Made by a program: the position numbers and the translations under genes. A DNA stretch of 64,000 bases from Phoronis australis (lineage: Eukaryota; Animalia; Phoronida). The stretch covers positions 227,892 through 291,891 of the forward strand of contig NMRA01000213.1 of the NCBI GenBank assembly GCA_002633005.1. The letters are read 5' to 3'. Below the pieces are notes generated by a model. It made no database searches. It was not told where the DNA came from and was given only the letters and a program-made list of their open reading frames with translations. Numbering within the stretch: position 1 is the stretch's first letter; every line of letters begins with the position of its first letter. Shown here one piece after another: positions 24,522 through 37,784 of the stretch.

Positions 24522-27500
24522 TCAATTCAGAAGCTCTCTCTTCGTGGGTGACCAGGGTTATCATCGCGCCGCCTGTCGTTGGAAACTGAAATATGATATC
24601 GTCTGCGTGGGATTGGATTTCGACAATTTTCCACGCGTTTTTTGTCGAGCAGTATTACAAAGACTTTTCGGGTAATAAATTTGCAGTCTTTGAAGTTTTA
24701 AATCAGTCATCGAAGCGCTGCTTCACAAAATGGGAAGTCATACAAATGTACCCAGGTCTTTTACTCAAACAAGAATGGTATTTGGGGAGATTTAATCCCC
24801 CATATTGTCACAAGGTCTTAGCGCGGCTCTGTTTGCTTTTTTAAGTATGTGTATTTGATTTTCGCACCATTCAGTTACGAGAAGTAATCAGGGGTCAAAG
24901 CCTATGGGATAGAATATGTTAATAAAACCGTGTCGTGACATGGACCAGTTTGCAGTGGACGGGATTTTGTGTGTATAAACAACCGAAGAGGCTGAGACTC
25001 TAGTGTAGTGGGTCTGAAGGACACATCGACAGAGGAATAACGAGTCGGAGAGGAAATGTAACACCGAGATTTGTGTTTGCGACAGCACTTGAAATTCGAC
25101 TATGTTAGTATTATTCCACTTCAAGACTTTCTTATAAACTGCAGTGATGGACCTCCGTCATGTTGTCAGCAAGAGAGAGCAGAGAGACAATTTTTAATTT
25201 TTAATTTTTGAAATTTTCAAGTTAATCTAATATCACTGTTCTCGAGCACAATCTAAATTAGCCTGTGTTTTTGATATTGGGTAAGTATAAATAAGTAACA
25301 GAATCGAAATAGTACCATTGACATTTCAGGCTATTCCAATGCCCAACGTATTCAAAAAGTTAATTAGAAATACTGGAAACATTTCCGCATCTTTGTCAGT
25401 TTTCCATTCTCAACAATTTTCTTCTTGGTCAGCACTCTACACCATTTCTAAACGAACGCATAACAACTACGCTGCTAAATGTAACTTCCTTTGAAACGCG
25501 ACTCTAACAACGTCTGAATGAAATATGCGACGCCCAACTTACGGATCGCGTATGTCCACAGATGTCACAGTCACGTGACCAATTCGAGATTGGGAACGAA
25601 ACAATTTATATCCTAACTGCTGTATGATTAATCCTTAATGTCTTTCATTGTTTTGACTGCGTGAGCACGCCGGGTGTTGTTCCCCAGTCCAGCAGATACG
25701 GTGTAATCCGACAGACTGATAATAGATTTATAAATCGGTGCTAATCTTAAACAAATAGACAGATAGCGCGGCACGGCCCCCTAATCGTGCACGGACTCGT
25801 TCCTGTGTCGCCGAATGAGTTGGAGATTCCGCGCGGGCAATGTAGTTTCTTTGGTGATCGAAAGAGGCCAATAGCACAACTTGACCGGCACTCAAGGTGT
25901 CATTAGGTTAGTTAAATCTTAGAATTTAAAGTGAACTCGTCCGTTTCAGTGCAGGACGTTTGAACCGGGGTATATCACGCGGCAATTTTTGACCGGGATT
26001 GGGGGAGAATGAAAAACGTCAGGAGTGTTATGACGCACAGAAAGGGCCCATTTGTAGAGAGAAAATTACTCCTTCGTAAAGTTTTGTTGCAGTAACATCG
26101 CCATTTTGTTTCAATATATACCGATTTCGAAAGTGAATTTTTGCAAGGAATTAAATCGGATCGATAGGCAATCTTTCGCAGTAAATTCAGAAAAATGCAC
26201 TCATCTGAACGCCGTATTCTGACGCACTTTCTTTAGGAGTAAATGTCGTGTCCATCATAGTACGAATAGTAATCTACAGAACTTGGGTCAACACTAGACG
26301 GCAAGCCCGCCGTCATTAGCTGGGGACCAAACAGATGTTTTCTTTTACAGTTTACAAAGAAAAATTGGCAACGTTGCGTGAACAATAGGAATGTTTCCTG
26401 AGGTCCACGTGATTTCAGCCTCACAGTCCGATTCCATGTGCAACTAATACTCAACAGGTCTAGACATTACACCAAAACCGGAAGCAAGTTGTACTTCCAG
26501 GAATAACACGCGTGTTGCAATCGGGAGTATTTCATCTACGGCGCTGATGTTTTATTAAATGCACTGTGGCGGTTGTCGGATTTTAAACATCCAGAGAAAT
26601 CATAGACAACTTGGTGACGCGCAAATGATGAAAAAGAACACCACTGTCACGTGAGCGCACCAGAATTGAAAGCACAGGTTTCTGTGACTGCAACATGCCC
26701 AGGCAAAACAACGATCATTGAGAAACAAAAGATTGAAAACGAACCTAAATATGCATCGGGCTTTAACAAATCTTTGGCGCGAAATATTCTGGAGGCACGT
26801 GCAAGACGATCACATTGAAGTCAAATTTCACCACTTAAAATGCAAATTTATGAATTATGTTACCTGGTCATGGATCTTACAATACGGCAGCAGCACCGTA
26901 GTTTAAAGATAGTGCAAATTGTTCCAGATCAATTTCTTCCGGGTGCAAGTCACAGTGTAAACTCGCAGGAACAAACCGGAAACACTTAAACTGAGATTTT
27001 ATACACGTGAACTGGCATTCGATCAAGCACGTAAGGACTTTCGCGTCTTTTTAAGGAATGTGTATGTCTGCAAGAAGTTGGATTAAACATGAATTGGTCT
27101 TCTCAGTCGCATTTGGTAAAAGCCAGCCTACTTCGCAAGAGGTGTCTGTGAAAATGTTACAGGAATACTCAAGTCACGAAAGCCGACTATGCACACACTT
27201 CACAAACGAAGGTGAATACGAAATAGCTTGCAGGCAGCAGTCATAATTATATATTTCTAAGGAAGACAAAGAATCAATGAAAACAACCACAGGATTGCGT
27301 TGTAATTTCAAAAGATGGTTGTCATGCTTAGAATGGAACATCAAGCGTGCCATCTATTGAACAACGTACTGGACATACGGTGAAATCAGGGCATGGGCAG
27401 AGATCCACGACATTCCCATCAAAATACTAATGCTAGGTTTCGTACCACAGCGTTTCCACATCGATTTCTGTACTATACTATTGCCCTCTATTGACAACAG

Positions 27501-28525
27501 CGAAAAACTCAACAAACGCACGTATACATGTATTTGAACGAAGCATGCAGGCATTGCACCGCATGTTGGTGGCACATTGCGCCCGGCCGGCGGACTCCTT
27601 AGGGCTATCTGTTCGAGCTGAACTGTATCAACAGCACAATTGAATTTGAAAACAGACGCTGATGGAGCGGTGCAGATATAAAATAAATACGACGACGAGT
27701 TTTATCCAAGCTACATATATTTGTGAGGTTTTGTTATCACTAAAAATCTCACGATCCTCGAAGGTCTATTAAATAAGTTATAAACGTTGACCGGTTTGAC
27801 ATTAGCGGGCATTGGTTACCGAACTGTCTATCTTCGTGAAATGATCTTCGCCGTCTCGTTCATGATAAGGTACATCAATAAGTGAAATATTATCCTAGAA
27901 GGAAATTACGAACTGACCCAATCATTGTGTTTTCAATTACGAACGAAACCGCGCACCTGACGGAGGAGTAGAACACAAGTCGTAATTTCCGTTTTATAAT
28001 TAACTTTTGGCAATACGTGTTTACGTTAATTATTTCTTAGAATAAAAATTTGTTTCCTTGATTGAAAAATGACATGTTTTATTGAAGAAGAACACAGATT
28101 TGCAAAGACGCAGTGCAAACGCGGCAAAATATTGAATACAAAATTAATTCAGTGCGCTTTGTTACTACGTGGCCTTTGGGTAATACAAATCACAATTTCT
28201 CACGAAATGCAGAAAACCCAGTTCAAAAACAGTATCCTTTGTTCAATTGCAGTAAGCACAATAATGAAACGATATTTTGGTAAAACAATTATTACTTAAT
28301 AGGGTCAAGTCGTTTTCCTTCCGAAGAGATATCATTTTAGTCGAATTATTGGCACTTGAATATTTACTGGGTCATCATTCTGACGCTCGAAAACCTGAAA
28401 CTTCCACCTGTAACACAGACCAATTTTCAAGGATACATACATACGGTATTCCATAAAATCATAAACACGAACTCTAAACCATACGCTAGTCGCCACGTCT
28501 AATGAAGCATCCCCAGCAGCGCCGG

Positions 28526-30505
28526 TGTCGCGAGAAATTTCTTCCCCATGAAATTTCTTCCCATTCTGACCCTTTTGCGCATGCGCGGTATTGAGGGGAA
28601 GTTATTTCACGTCTAAGGCATGAAATTTCTTCCCCCGTGAAATTTCTTCCCAAACGAAGACGGCAAAGCACAGCTGTAAAATAAGCCTAAAAATAGAAAT
28701 TCACTACGTGTGTGATAATGTAACGATTTAGTCAATTGCCATTGTTATGTTAGACATTGAAAAATGAATTGTAATTAGATTTACTTCAAATCAGTCGCCG
28801 GTCAGTAGGCTTGCGCACATATGGCCTATACTTTGCGGGTTGTGATCATGCTTTTGCTATTGTACTCTGTAAACTGTATTATGAGCTAATATTACTTATG
28901 TTAATAAACCTGTCACCCTCTCTCTCTGTCTCTTTCTCTCTACTTGCGGGGAGGAATCCCGTTAGCTAAGTAGGATCGTGCCCCTGACTGCCGTGGCGCG
29001 GTGAAGGGCTCTTCGTCGTCACTCCGATCGGAATGTTTTTTTTTCGCTTGTACTGAATTTCCTTCAAGAATATGTCAGAAATACTCGAATGGGTAAAAAT
29101 ACTCGGTTGGGTATATTCCCAGTAAGGCATTATCATTTGTTATGGTACGTAATAAGTTAAAATAATCGACGCCCACCTGTATGACCGAAGGCGACTGATG
29201 ATCCCGGAGAAGAAAGTGTCCTTTGTGAAATAGCGTTCCTACATCATCAAACGCATCTTTCAGAAAAGTCTTACAAAACTGTAAACTAAAAGAAAATACA
29301 GAAATTGGAAACCTTGTTTTTTCCAGGAAATTCAGTTCATAAGATTCGGAAAAAGGGAAATTTTCAAAATCGGTTTAGGAAAGCTCCAGCAAGCGAAATC
29401 ATGAATTAGCGAGAATCAGGAAACGTATTAAAAACTCTAAGATCATTTTACAAAATCACACGCCGTGGGAAAAATGGACCATCACAGCTACAATGGGTAA
29501 AAATTGTAGTAAAATATTTACACTTTCTTGCTAAGGAAACTGAATTCGCAGATTAAAAGTCTTTGAATGCGCCCTGAGCGCGTGGAGCGCTCCGAAAATG
29601 AAGCCTGAGATCAATCCTTGATAAACAAGACTATTTTGGTCTGTTATATTCCATAGTGTTGTATATCAAGGAACTAGCAAATATATATGTAGTAGGAATT
29701 ACTTATTTCATGCGGGAACAAGACGAACGAGTATCCTGCGTGAATTGAAATAAGGTGCACATCAAACCATATAACAAACAGTTTTCAATTTGTAGGCCTA
29801 TCAAAAATGCCTTGAAAATTCGCAAAAACTAAAAATGTCGAAGAAAATTATTTCTTGACCAAAGAAATTGAAGGCCTTGGTATCTTTAGCAAAACTAATT
29901 AATACCACACAGAAAATATACAGACTAAAATCAAACTCTATTGACTTTCAACAATTAGAAAATATATCATTCCTAGAGTGTCTACTAGGTTGGAGTAATC
30001 TGTAAATATTGTGGCTAAATGCAGAGACTAGTACAGTACTACAGCTACACTACAGGGTTTGACTTACGAATGACATGATAACCTTGCTTAACAACAACAA
30101 ACATACTTCAGTTTTATTATAGCAAATGTAGGCTCAACAGATTTCACTTAATTTTTAAACCAGGGTCAATAATAATTCCAATAGAATAGGCCTATCACTT
30201 TAGTTGACTTACCTAACCGAAACGGCGAAAGTCCTTGGCACAACTTCGTAAAGCCTTGCGCTGACTCTTCGTCAAAGTCAACGGATGGGATCCATCCTCC
30301 AAAAACCTCTTCACGTCACTCTCACTGTACTTGAGATCATGCATATTTGCAAAAAAAGTCTGGAATATTCGTGTTCGTAGCAGATAACGACTCAACTGTC
30401 TCACAGTAGCGTACAGAAGTGGCTTGGGAAGATATTTCACGCTCTCAAGACCGGATGCCAACCTGGCCAATCTGCGCATGCGCAAAGTCGGATTGGGAAG
30501 CGACA
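28526..30505 (-). mobile_element. Ginger1-like DNA transposon, internally deleted
   Basis: CCGG|TGTCGC ... GCGACA|CCGG. Imperfect TIRs share CTTCCCA.TC.GAC..TTTGCGCATGCGC, with repeated GAAATTTCTTCCC in the left TIR. Minus-strand 30213-30344 encodes MHDLKYSESDVKRFLEDGSHPLTLTKSQRKALRSCAKDF, resembling the N-terminus of Gypsy-integrase-like (GIN/Ginger) transposases. TGT..ACA ends with a CCGG TSD are the described Ginger1 signature. Confidence 0.75.
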
Positions 30506-31454
30506 CCGGATTAATCAGGTGCAAAAGCGGCAATTGCCAGCGACCCCTGTTGTGATATAGACTCCACACATAATATTGCACCCGACGTAGAATGGCGACA
30601 ATATACGTGAAGAGGTGATTGAACGATTGTAGAAGAAACGATGTGACAATTGGTCTATCACCGTGGGCTCCTCCAACAGCAGACCACATTAACATGGAAG
30701 AGTGTACAATTTCACAAACACAGAAATAAGGATAAAAAATGCTCCCTCTCCCGACGAGGACCCCTCAAACGGAGGGCTGCATCTACATCACGGATACAAG
30801 AGAAGACTGAAATGAGAGGTAATTGATGCACTTATCAGCTAGCCCCCGTCACAGGGGGCCCTTAACATAAGACACTATAAAATTCCAAAAAGTCATTGGA
30901 AAAGAGACTCATGTAGTTGATTCCATCATGCCCGAGGGGATCCTTACCTAGAGGTATATAATTGCGTGCAACATTATAGACAATTCAGTCACCCGGTGGC
31001 GAGACCATCTCGTCCACGAGTCGGCTCACCTTTTATCTACTGAACATTTCGAAAATCCGCTTAAAAAAATAGTTCGGCGAGATATGTTAATAATTAAGGG
31101 ATGCACAAGAAATGTTTACAACAGTAAAATGCTCGCTTTGCATTGTTTTTTATGTCTAATAGTAAAGATAATGTCATGTTTTATCATGTGAAAATACCGC
31201 ACGTGCATTGTTTATACATGGGCATGTAATCTGACAGTGTCTAATTTCAGACATTGGTGACACTCTCTGGGGTTACATAAATGAAGTAAAAACGATTTCG
31301 TTGCCCTACCACCAATAGCCTTTGTGGCCATACAAATTAGCAGCCTACAACCTCTTAAACTTTTACTAGATCCGTGTTTGATAAATACGCCAACACCTAC
31401 GACTTTTTACGAGTACATGATTGTGCGTTCCAACTGATCCAACTGATGCCGTCT

Positions 31455-31513
31455 GTGTGTATGGAGTGAGTCATTGGTATCCCTATCGGTGTGCATGGAG
31501 TGAGTCATTGGTA
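31455..31513. repeat. Near-perfect 25-bp direct repeat, 34-bp period
   Basis: gtgtg(t/c)atggagtgagtcattggta at 31455 and 31489. Confidence 0.85.
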
Positions 31514-32476
31514 GAGGGCAACTTCATTTGTCCTGTATGAAAGGAAATAGTTTCAAGCTTTTAATATTTAAAAAGTCCCCGCATTTAAATGAAACCTTAA
31601 AAACTAAGAAAATACATGGTGGGAACTCTCTAGGAACACTTCAAAAAGGAAGATTTAATCCTTTTTGAACTCACAGTTTTTTAGTCGCATTGTTGCAACA
31701 ATCCTGGAAAAACGTAGAAGAATTTTACGTTCGCCAATAAACCTGTGTTTTGACCACATTTTCGCTCGTATTTTTAAACAAAAGCTTCTAACTCTGAGTA
31801 ACAATTAATGTATGTCAAATATCTAACAATGTAGCACGTTCGAGATTTAGAAACAAACGGCACAGTGGTGGGCTACTCAGTCTCATCTGTACTGAAGCTA
31901 TGAATGCACCGCCTCATCCAAAAGGGGAAGAAAGAAGGAAATGTCTTTAATCTATGATTAATAATGCTCACTTCCGTTTTTTGTGCTCCCGCTTATCATT
32001 GAAGAGTACCCCTATGTTGTGACTCATTTCAATTTAATAACCCCAAAAAGTGTCGTTTTTGCGAATGTGCGTTCATGCACTAAACGTACAATAAGGGCCT
32101 GTTTCGTGAAAAGTCGCTTAGATTTCAGACAGACATTTAGTCTTACTCTCCAGATATCTATTTCTGAAAAATAATTTAAACACATTTTAGCCAAAAAATA
32201 AACCTTTCATCGTCAATTACTGAAAACGAACAAATTATTTCCGGCCAGTGGTGTATTAATAATTACACGAGGAAACCTTTATTTGACAATTGTGATGTGG
32301 GAACTTTAAAAGACCAAATTTCTGTCTTAAGTCTCTTTTCATGAAACCACAAATCACACAGAAATTGACTAACGAATAGAGGGATCACCAACTTTGGTGA
32401 ACATCGGATTCGGAAGACAAAGAAGCAAGAGAACATGAGGGAGGAACACCGACAGAACCTAGGAAGGGGGGGGGGG

Positions 32477-32585
32477 NNNNNNNNNNNNNNNNNNNNNNNN
32501 NNNNNNNNNNNNNNNNNNNNNNNNNNNNNNNNNNNNNNNNNNNNNNNNNNNNNNNNNNNNNNNNNNNNNNNNNNNNNNNNNNNNN
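32477..32585. other. Assembly gap (N run) following a poly-G tract
   Basis: 109 N bases. Confidence 0.99.
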
Positions 32586-33985
32586 NGAGGGAGGGACACC
32601 GACAACACTGAGACAGCATGAAGGGGATGAACGTCGACAGAACCAAAGGTACATGACGGGGAGGAAAGTCGAGGTTATTAGGTATCATCTGGAAGGTGGA
32701 GAATCTTTTGAGAAGCAGTTGGATGTAAGAATATTGAGGCTGGGAATTTAAGGACCAGCTCATGTAGTGTTGGCACAGCAATCAATGTCTTCTTGAAAAT
32801 GCATTCTCATTTAAAATTTTCAAATCAAAATTGCAACTAATTCAACATTCTAAAATTGATAATGTTCTTTTTGGATTGTCAAAACCATTTCAATATTTCA
32901 GTTCCTTTCTAATTTAATGAAAAAGTAAATCTGTTTTTTCTCTTTGCAGTGTTAGGGTTTATTTTAATTTTATTAAATAAATAATGCTCAGTTTACCAAA
33001 TAACATAAAAGTTGTCACGGAAATGGTTTTCTAAGCTCACCACGAGCGCTTCTGACGTTTGCCATCATTGATTCATTTTGTCTTTCAAAGTTGTTTAATA
33101 CTCGTCATTCACCATTGTTGACTGGTTTTGAATTGTTTGTTTTTTAACAAACACGCCTATTTTAATCGTCAAAATAAACTTTGACAAAATTAGGAGGTCT
33201 CGAGACTACGACTTTTCCGTGATTGTTAGATAGTGCAAGGCCGCAGGGCTTCACGATTTTTGTTTGCGGACCAAAGATCATTAATTTTTAGTGTATCACA
33301 TACAAAACTCCTCTTTAATTTGAATTTTAATTAACCAACTAGATCACTAAGCTCGGATCCAACAACTTTAATCCAAGGAAGATAAATAGAATTATCACGC
33401 TTTGAGCGAATTTACAGGTTATCAACACTCAGATACCTGTTAGCACATTCAGTCAACAGGAGTATCTTGTCCCAGAAAAAATATTTAGACATTTCCACTT
33501 TCCTATTAGTACCTTTCTCTAGTTGAGAATTGACCACTTTAGGGTAATTTGGCAATGAAAGTTCTGAAAAACGAGAAATTGTTCAAGTTTAGAGTTCACA
33601 TCAATGAATAGCAATACAAAATGTTAACCGCAAGCACATTTAAACAAGTTCATTAAATTAAATAAAAGAATAAAGCAAAACAGGTCAAAAAGCAGTAACA
33701 CTGAGAGTTCAAAAATCACACTGCCACCTGTAAAACGCAAAACGACCCTTAAGTACAAATACCTAGAAAAGTTCGATTTTAGGGGTTCCAGATTTTAAGG
33801 ACCAGTTTTGCCACCCGCTATTCAGTACAACTGGTTTTCCGTCAAAATCAAGGGCAGTTAATTTGTGACTATCAGGTTTATATATTAGACAAGGGATTTT
33901 ATAGGCTGTTCAGCAGTTTCGAATGAAAAAGAAGAGAATAGTTGGAATATAGTCTACCAAAAATGTTAAATAAGGAACAGTGACA

Positions 33986-34611
33986 CAACTCAAGCTGGTT
34001 TATGTTCGTGTCAGTCCCGACGGCCGCGACGGGCTTGATCGGGTTCCGAGCCACTGGCCGAATAACGAGTCAGTCCGGCCACGACGGGCCTGATCGGGTT
34101 CCGAGCCACTGGCCGGGATAACACGCTTTTGTGTGTTTAGAACTCAAAAAATCACAAGTATAAACAACACAGATCTAGGTTCTCCTGTCTGTATTTCACG
34201 GAAGAATACTTGAATTTATCTCCGAACGGACCTCAAACTCCTGCTACGGACCTTGGTAAATTGGCCTGCCAAACTTCGTAAGCTACGGTGTGTTCAAATA
34301 CCAATAAATCCGCAACAGCGAAATAAAACAATACGTTTTTATAAGAACTCGGTGTATTTTTAAGAGTTTTACATCGAATTTTGATGTGTTATTGGTGTTA
34401 AACGATGAATTCAAGCGATAAGCTGACACCAGTAACCCCTGTTTTGAACTGCTGAACAGACTGCGTGTGAGACCAATGACGTCATTGGATAATTTCAACA
34501 CCTCCGTTTGCCGTCAGGTGTCAGGTAACGCAACCGAACGTGCCGTTATCGAATAGAACTACTCGATCTAAATTGATACAAAATAGGTTGTTTTTTGGGT
34601 GGCATTCTCCT
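33986..34611 (-). mobile_element. Truncated copy of the Kolobok-like element at 48733-50443
   Basis: Reverse complement aligns over ~625 bp with 48733-49359, including the TIR GGGTGGCATTCTCCT and two ~57-bp GC-rich tandem units (34010-34125). The other end was not found. Confidence 0.85.
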
Positions 34612-35810
34612 GCAACACTACAAAGAGAATCCCAATTATACACAGCAAATTTCTGGGGCAGAGGAAAATTCAACGTCAAAATCTGGCCCACTGGTCCGCC
34701 ACCAAATTTCGCAACCACCTCTGTGCTCTTTTATTTGATGTATTGTCACAAAGCAAAGTTGTAACATGTATGTAGATTAAAAAGTCCTATATGTGTCATG
34801 TCGAAGGCGCGTTTGTCCCATGTGGATCAGAGCGCCATCTGGTTTTAAACTGCACCATTCAAACATTTTAGGGTGGAGCCAATTACTCTAAAGACATTCG
34901 CAGCAATCCATTAGACCAACTATCTGTTTTTATTTTCCTAAGCCTAGAAATAATAAAATTGACAAGTCCTTTCTTAGAAAGGCGAATGTCGAAGGTTAGA
35001 TAGCGTTGGTAGGGTACCCAAGATTGGACAGTCGACTGCAACTGTACTCACGCATTTTTTGTACTTGATTTTCGGTCGAAAATCTCTTCAATACTGATTT
35101 TTCTATATACCGCGCTCGAAAAGTTGGTGAGCATTGACATATTTTAAACCCAGATGTGCATGTGACATTATTTTGGTGACCCACGTGAAAAAACTGGTAA
35201 TAGAAGCAAAGGGTTATCAAAGCGCAAATCATCTGAGGCATGCGAGAGGCGAAAAACCCCAGTAATTTAAGTAGTCCACGAACGAATAATATGATACATA
35301 ATTGCTTGCAAATTGATTTGGTATGAAGGTACTCTGGCAGATATAGGATGTGGAAAGGGGATACGGCCGTGTCTTCCAAAACAAATATGCACGCACTACT
35401 GTCGCCGTTTGATTCACGGTTGAGCGCGACGGGAGGTCAGTGCCCGGTTGCATGAAACAGTCCCAAACAAGGAATCAACTAAGGTCCCTAAATGTTTTGC
35501 AAATTTGTTTCGTTCTTTACAAACAGATGTAGTACTTATCTATCATTTTGTCTTCATTATGAGCTTTTATTTCACTAATAACATTTCCTAATAATATAAC
35601 TTAAACTGAGTCCTTAATTCAGTTAAAATAATTAGGGAATTTGTCCTTAAAGAAGGGACGTTGCATGAAGAATTGAACATGGAGTTCACTCTCGATTTGT
35701 ATCAACATCAATGACAATCAGTGTTTTCACAAGCCCACAAATACGCAGTAGATTTAGGGAACTTAGCAGAGTTCCCCTTTAGGACTGTTTCATTCAACCG
35801 GGCACTGGAC

Positions 35811-35904
35811 CAGTAGATTTGGGGGGGGGGGGCAAGGGGGCTATGCGAAATTCTGCTTTTTTGCGCCCTGCCCCCCCTAACTCAAAATCCTGGATCCGTC
35901 CCTG
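35811..35904. mobile_element. Small G-rich MITE with perfect 5-bp TSD
   Basis: TGGAC|CAGTAGATTTGGGG ... CCTGGATCCGTCCCTG|TGGAC. The same 3' end (cccctaactcaaaatcctggatcc.cccctg) recurs at ~38471-38502. Confidence 0.75.
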
Positions 35905-37784
35905 TGGACCCCGAGTCTTAGTAGCACAGCTCGGGGAACAGCAGAGGACTGCCACAGGCGGCATCCTGACGAAGTTGAGACACCAAGAGAAGGAAAATTA
36001 ACGGTCAATGACGGCTAAAGCACGCGGATAACGGGAGTCGGGGACAACACGCAATCTGGGCCGACGGCGACACCCGAGGTGAATGGGAATGACGGGAGGA
36101 GTGAGTCGAAACTGGTGTCAACCGGGAGATTTGTCTCCATCCCAGAAGAGAAGAAGAATATTAAATACACAAAGATAGATGGTTGTGCTGCACGGCCAAC
36201 TGCAATCATCAGCTGAGCGCAGTGCTTCATCAAGATTTCGGCCCACTAAACTCAGGATCTCTCCACACAGTGGGCCTGCAACACTGAGTTGGTCGATGTA
36301 GTTGCGTTGTAGTTGGCCATCAGGTCCTAACGCCATTTTAATAACTATCGGACATATACTTCCGCATAATCCATGTGCTGCCATCCACATCCTTCTGTCC
36401 ACACACTCTGACCACCTTCCTGGAAAGGTTCACACCAGCGACCTTCAGGAACCTCCATAAAGATGAAGACGGAAAAACTCGACATCCCACCTCAAAAGGA
36501 ATCAGTTCGCAGCTGTAACCTTTCCCCTGGACTTCTTTTGCTAATTCTCCATACCGTAACAACTTACGTTCATAGGCTTCACAGAAACCGTCCTCCCATG
36601 CAACTGTTAGTTCACCAAGAACAAGATGTTTTATCACTTCCTCGAGCAACCCTACATCGGGACGCAAACCAGACAGGAGCAATCCCTCTGGAAGTGTCTT
36701 GTCTATTCGAACCGTCCAATGCCTATTGGCAGTAGGTGGTCTATTGACAGTGTTCGTACTTACAACCCCTTGCCTGACAAAATTTATCTTTTGACATTCT
36801 TTGGATGGAAATACTGCACACTCAACTGCTTCACGTATAACATCTAGTACCAAATTGTGCCTGAAAGTATAACATCCGCACGTGAGCACCTTACTGCAGC
36901 CAAACTAACACTTCTATGGCAAAAACGGCAAGAAGAATCTGTCCGCAAGCTCCATCTCACCAAATTGGCAGGTGATGGCAAACATCATATGCTGACTGGA
37001 TGAGGAACTTCAGATGACTTGCATTCTTACTACGCCTCTCGTTCCAACCGATGACTTGCTGTTCCACGTCATCTCAATTCAGCCACCGTCCCCGTTGAGC
37101 CTGCTGCACAGCATGTACTAACCGACGCACTTCTTCCATTTGCCAAACTTCTTGCTCACGTAGTTTACTTCTTTCTGAACCCTTTGCCTCAGACCAAAAA
37201 TGTTCCCTCTGGGCACTCCAATACCTTTTCTACCACCTCTCACCACACCAACAAGTTCCTTCTGATGAGCCATCTCAATTGCAGTCTTCCTTGTTTCACT
37301 CACTTTCCTCTTCCTACCAGTGTTTAGTATTGGTGGTTTGTCTCTTAGGGTGTTGTCATTCACCACACCTTGAACTTTCCTTGCGAGCCAGATTTGTGGA
37401 TACTTAACAAATCACCCTCTGCTTGTCGCTGTAATTCAACTCCCCGATGACGATCTGTTAGTGGCAAACTATACCACCTTTCTAGGCTCTTTACTCCCTT
37501 CTCACGCACAGTCAAAATTTACAACAGCACCCTTTCTGAGTGACAACACCGTGCTCTTCTTAGGTTTGAAAGCCATTCTGCTCTAGCCAATAAGCTCAGT
37601 AAGTCTTTGTAGAACTCTCCTTGCAACAGACGCATTCTCCTTCAAGATTGGATAGGTGGAATGGCACATCCCATTGGAATTCCTTTCTCCAGGCTCACAG
37701 ACATTGTTGTATATATTGCTGTGGTGAAACGCAGCTTGAACTGATCAAAACACAACATTAAGAAACCTGCAACCTCTGTAGAAT

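Noticed and set aside
32263-32781. ORFs spanning the N gap
   Set aside because: Open only because Ns translate as X; no recognisable domain.
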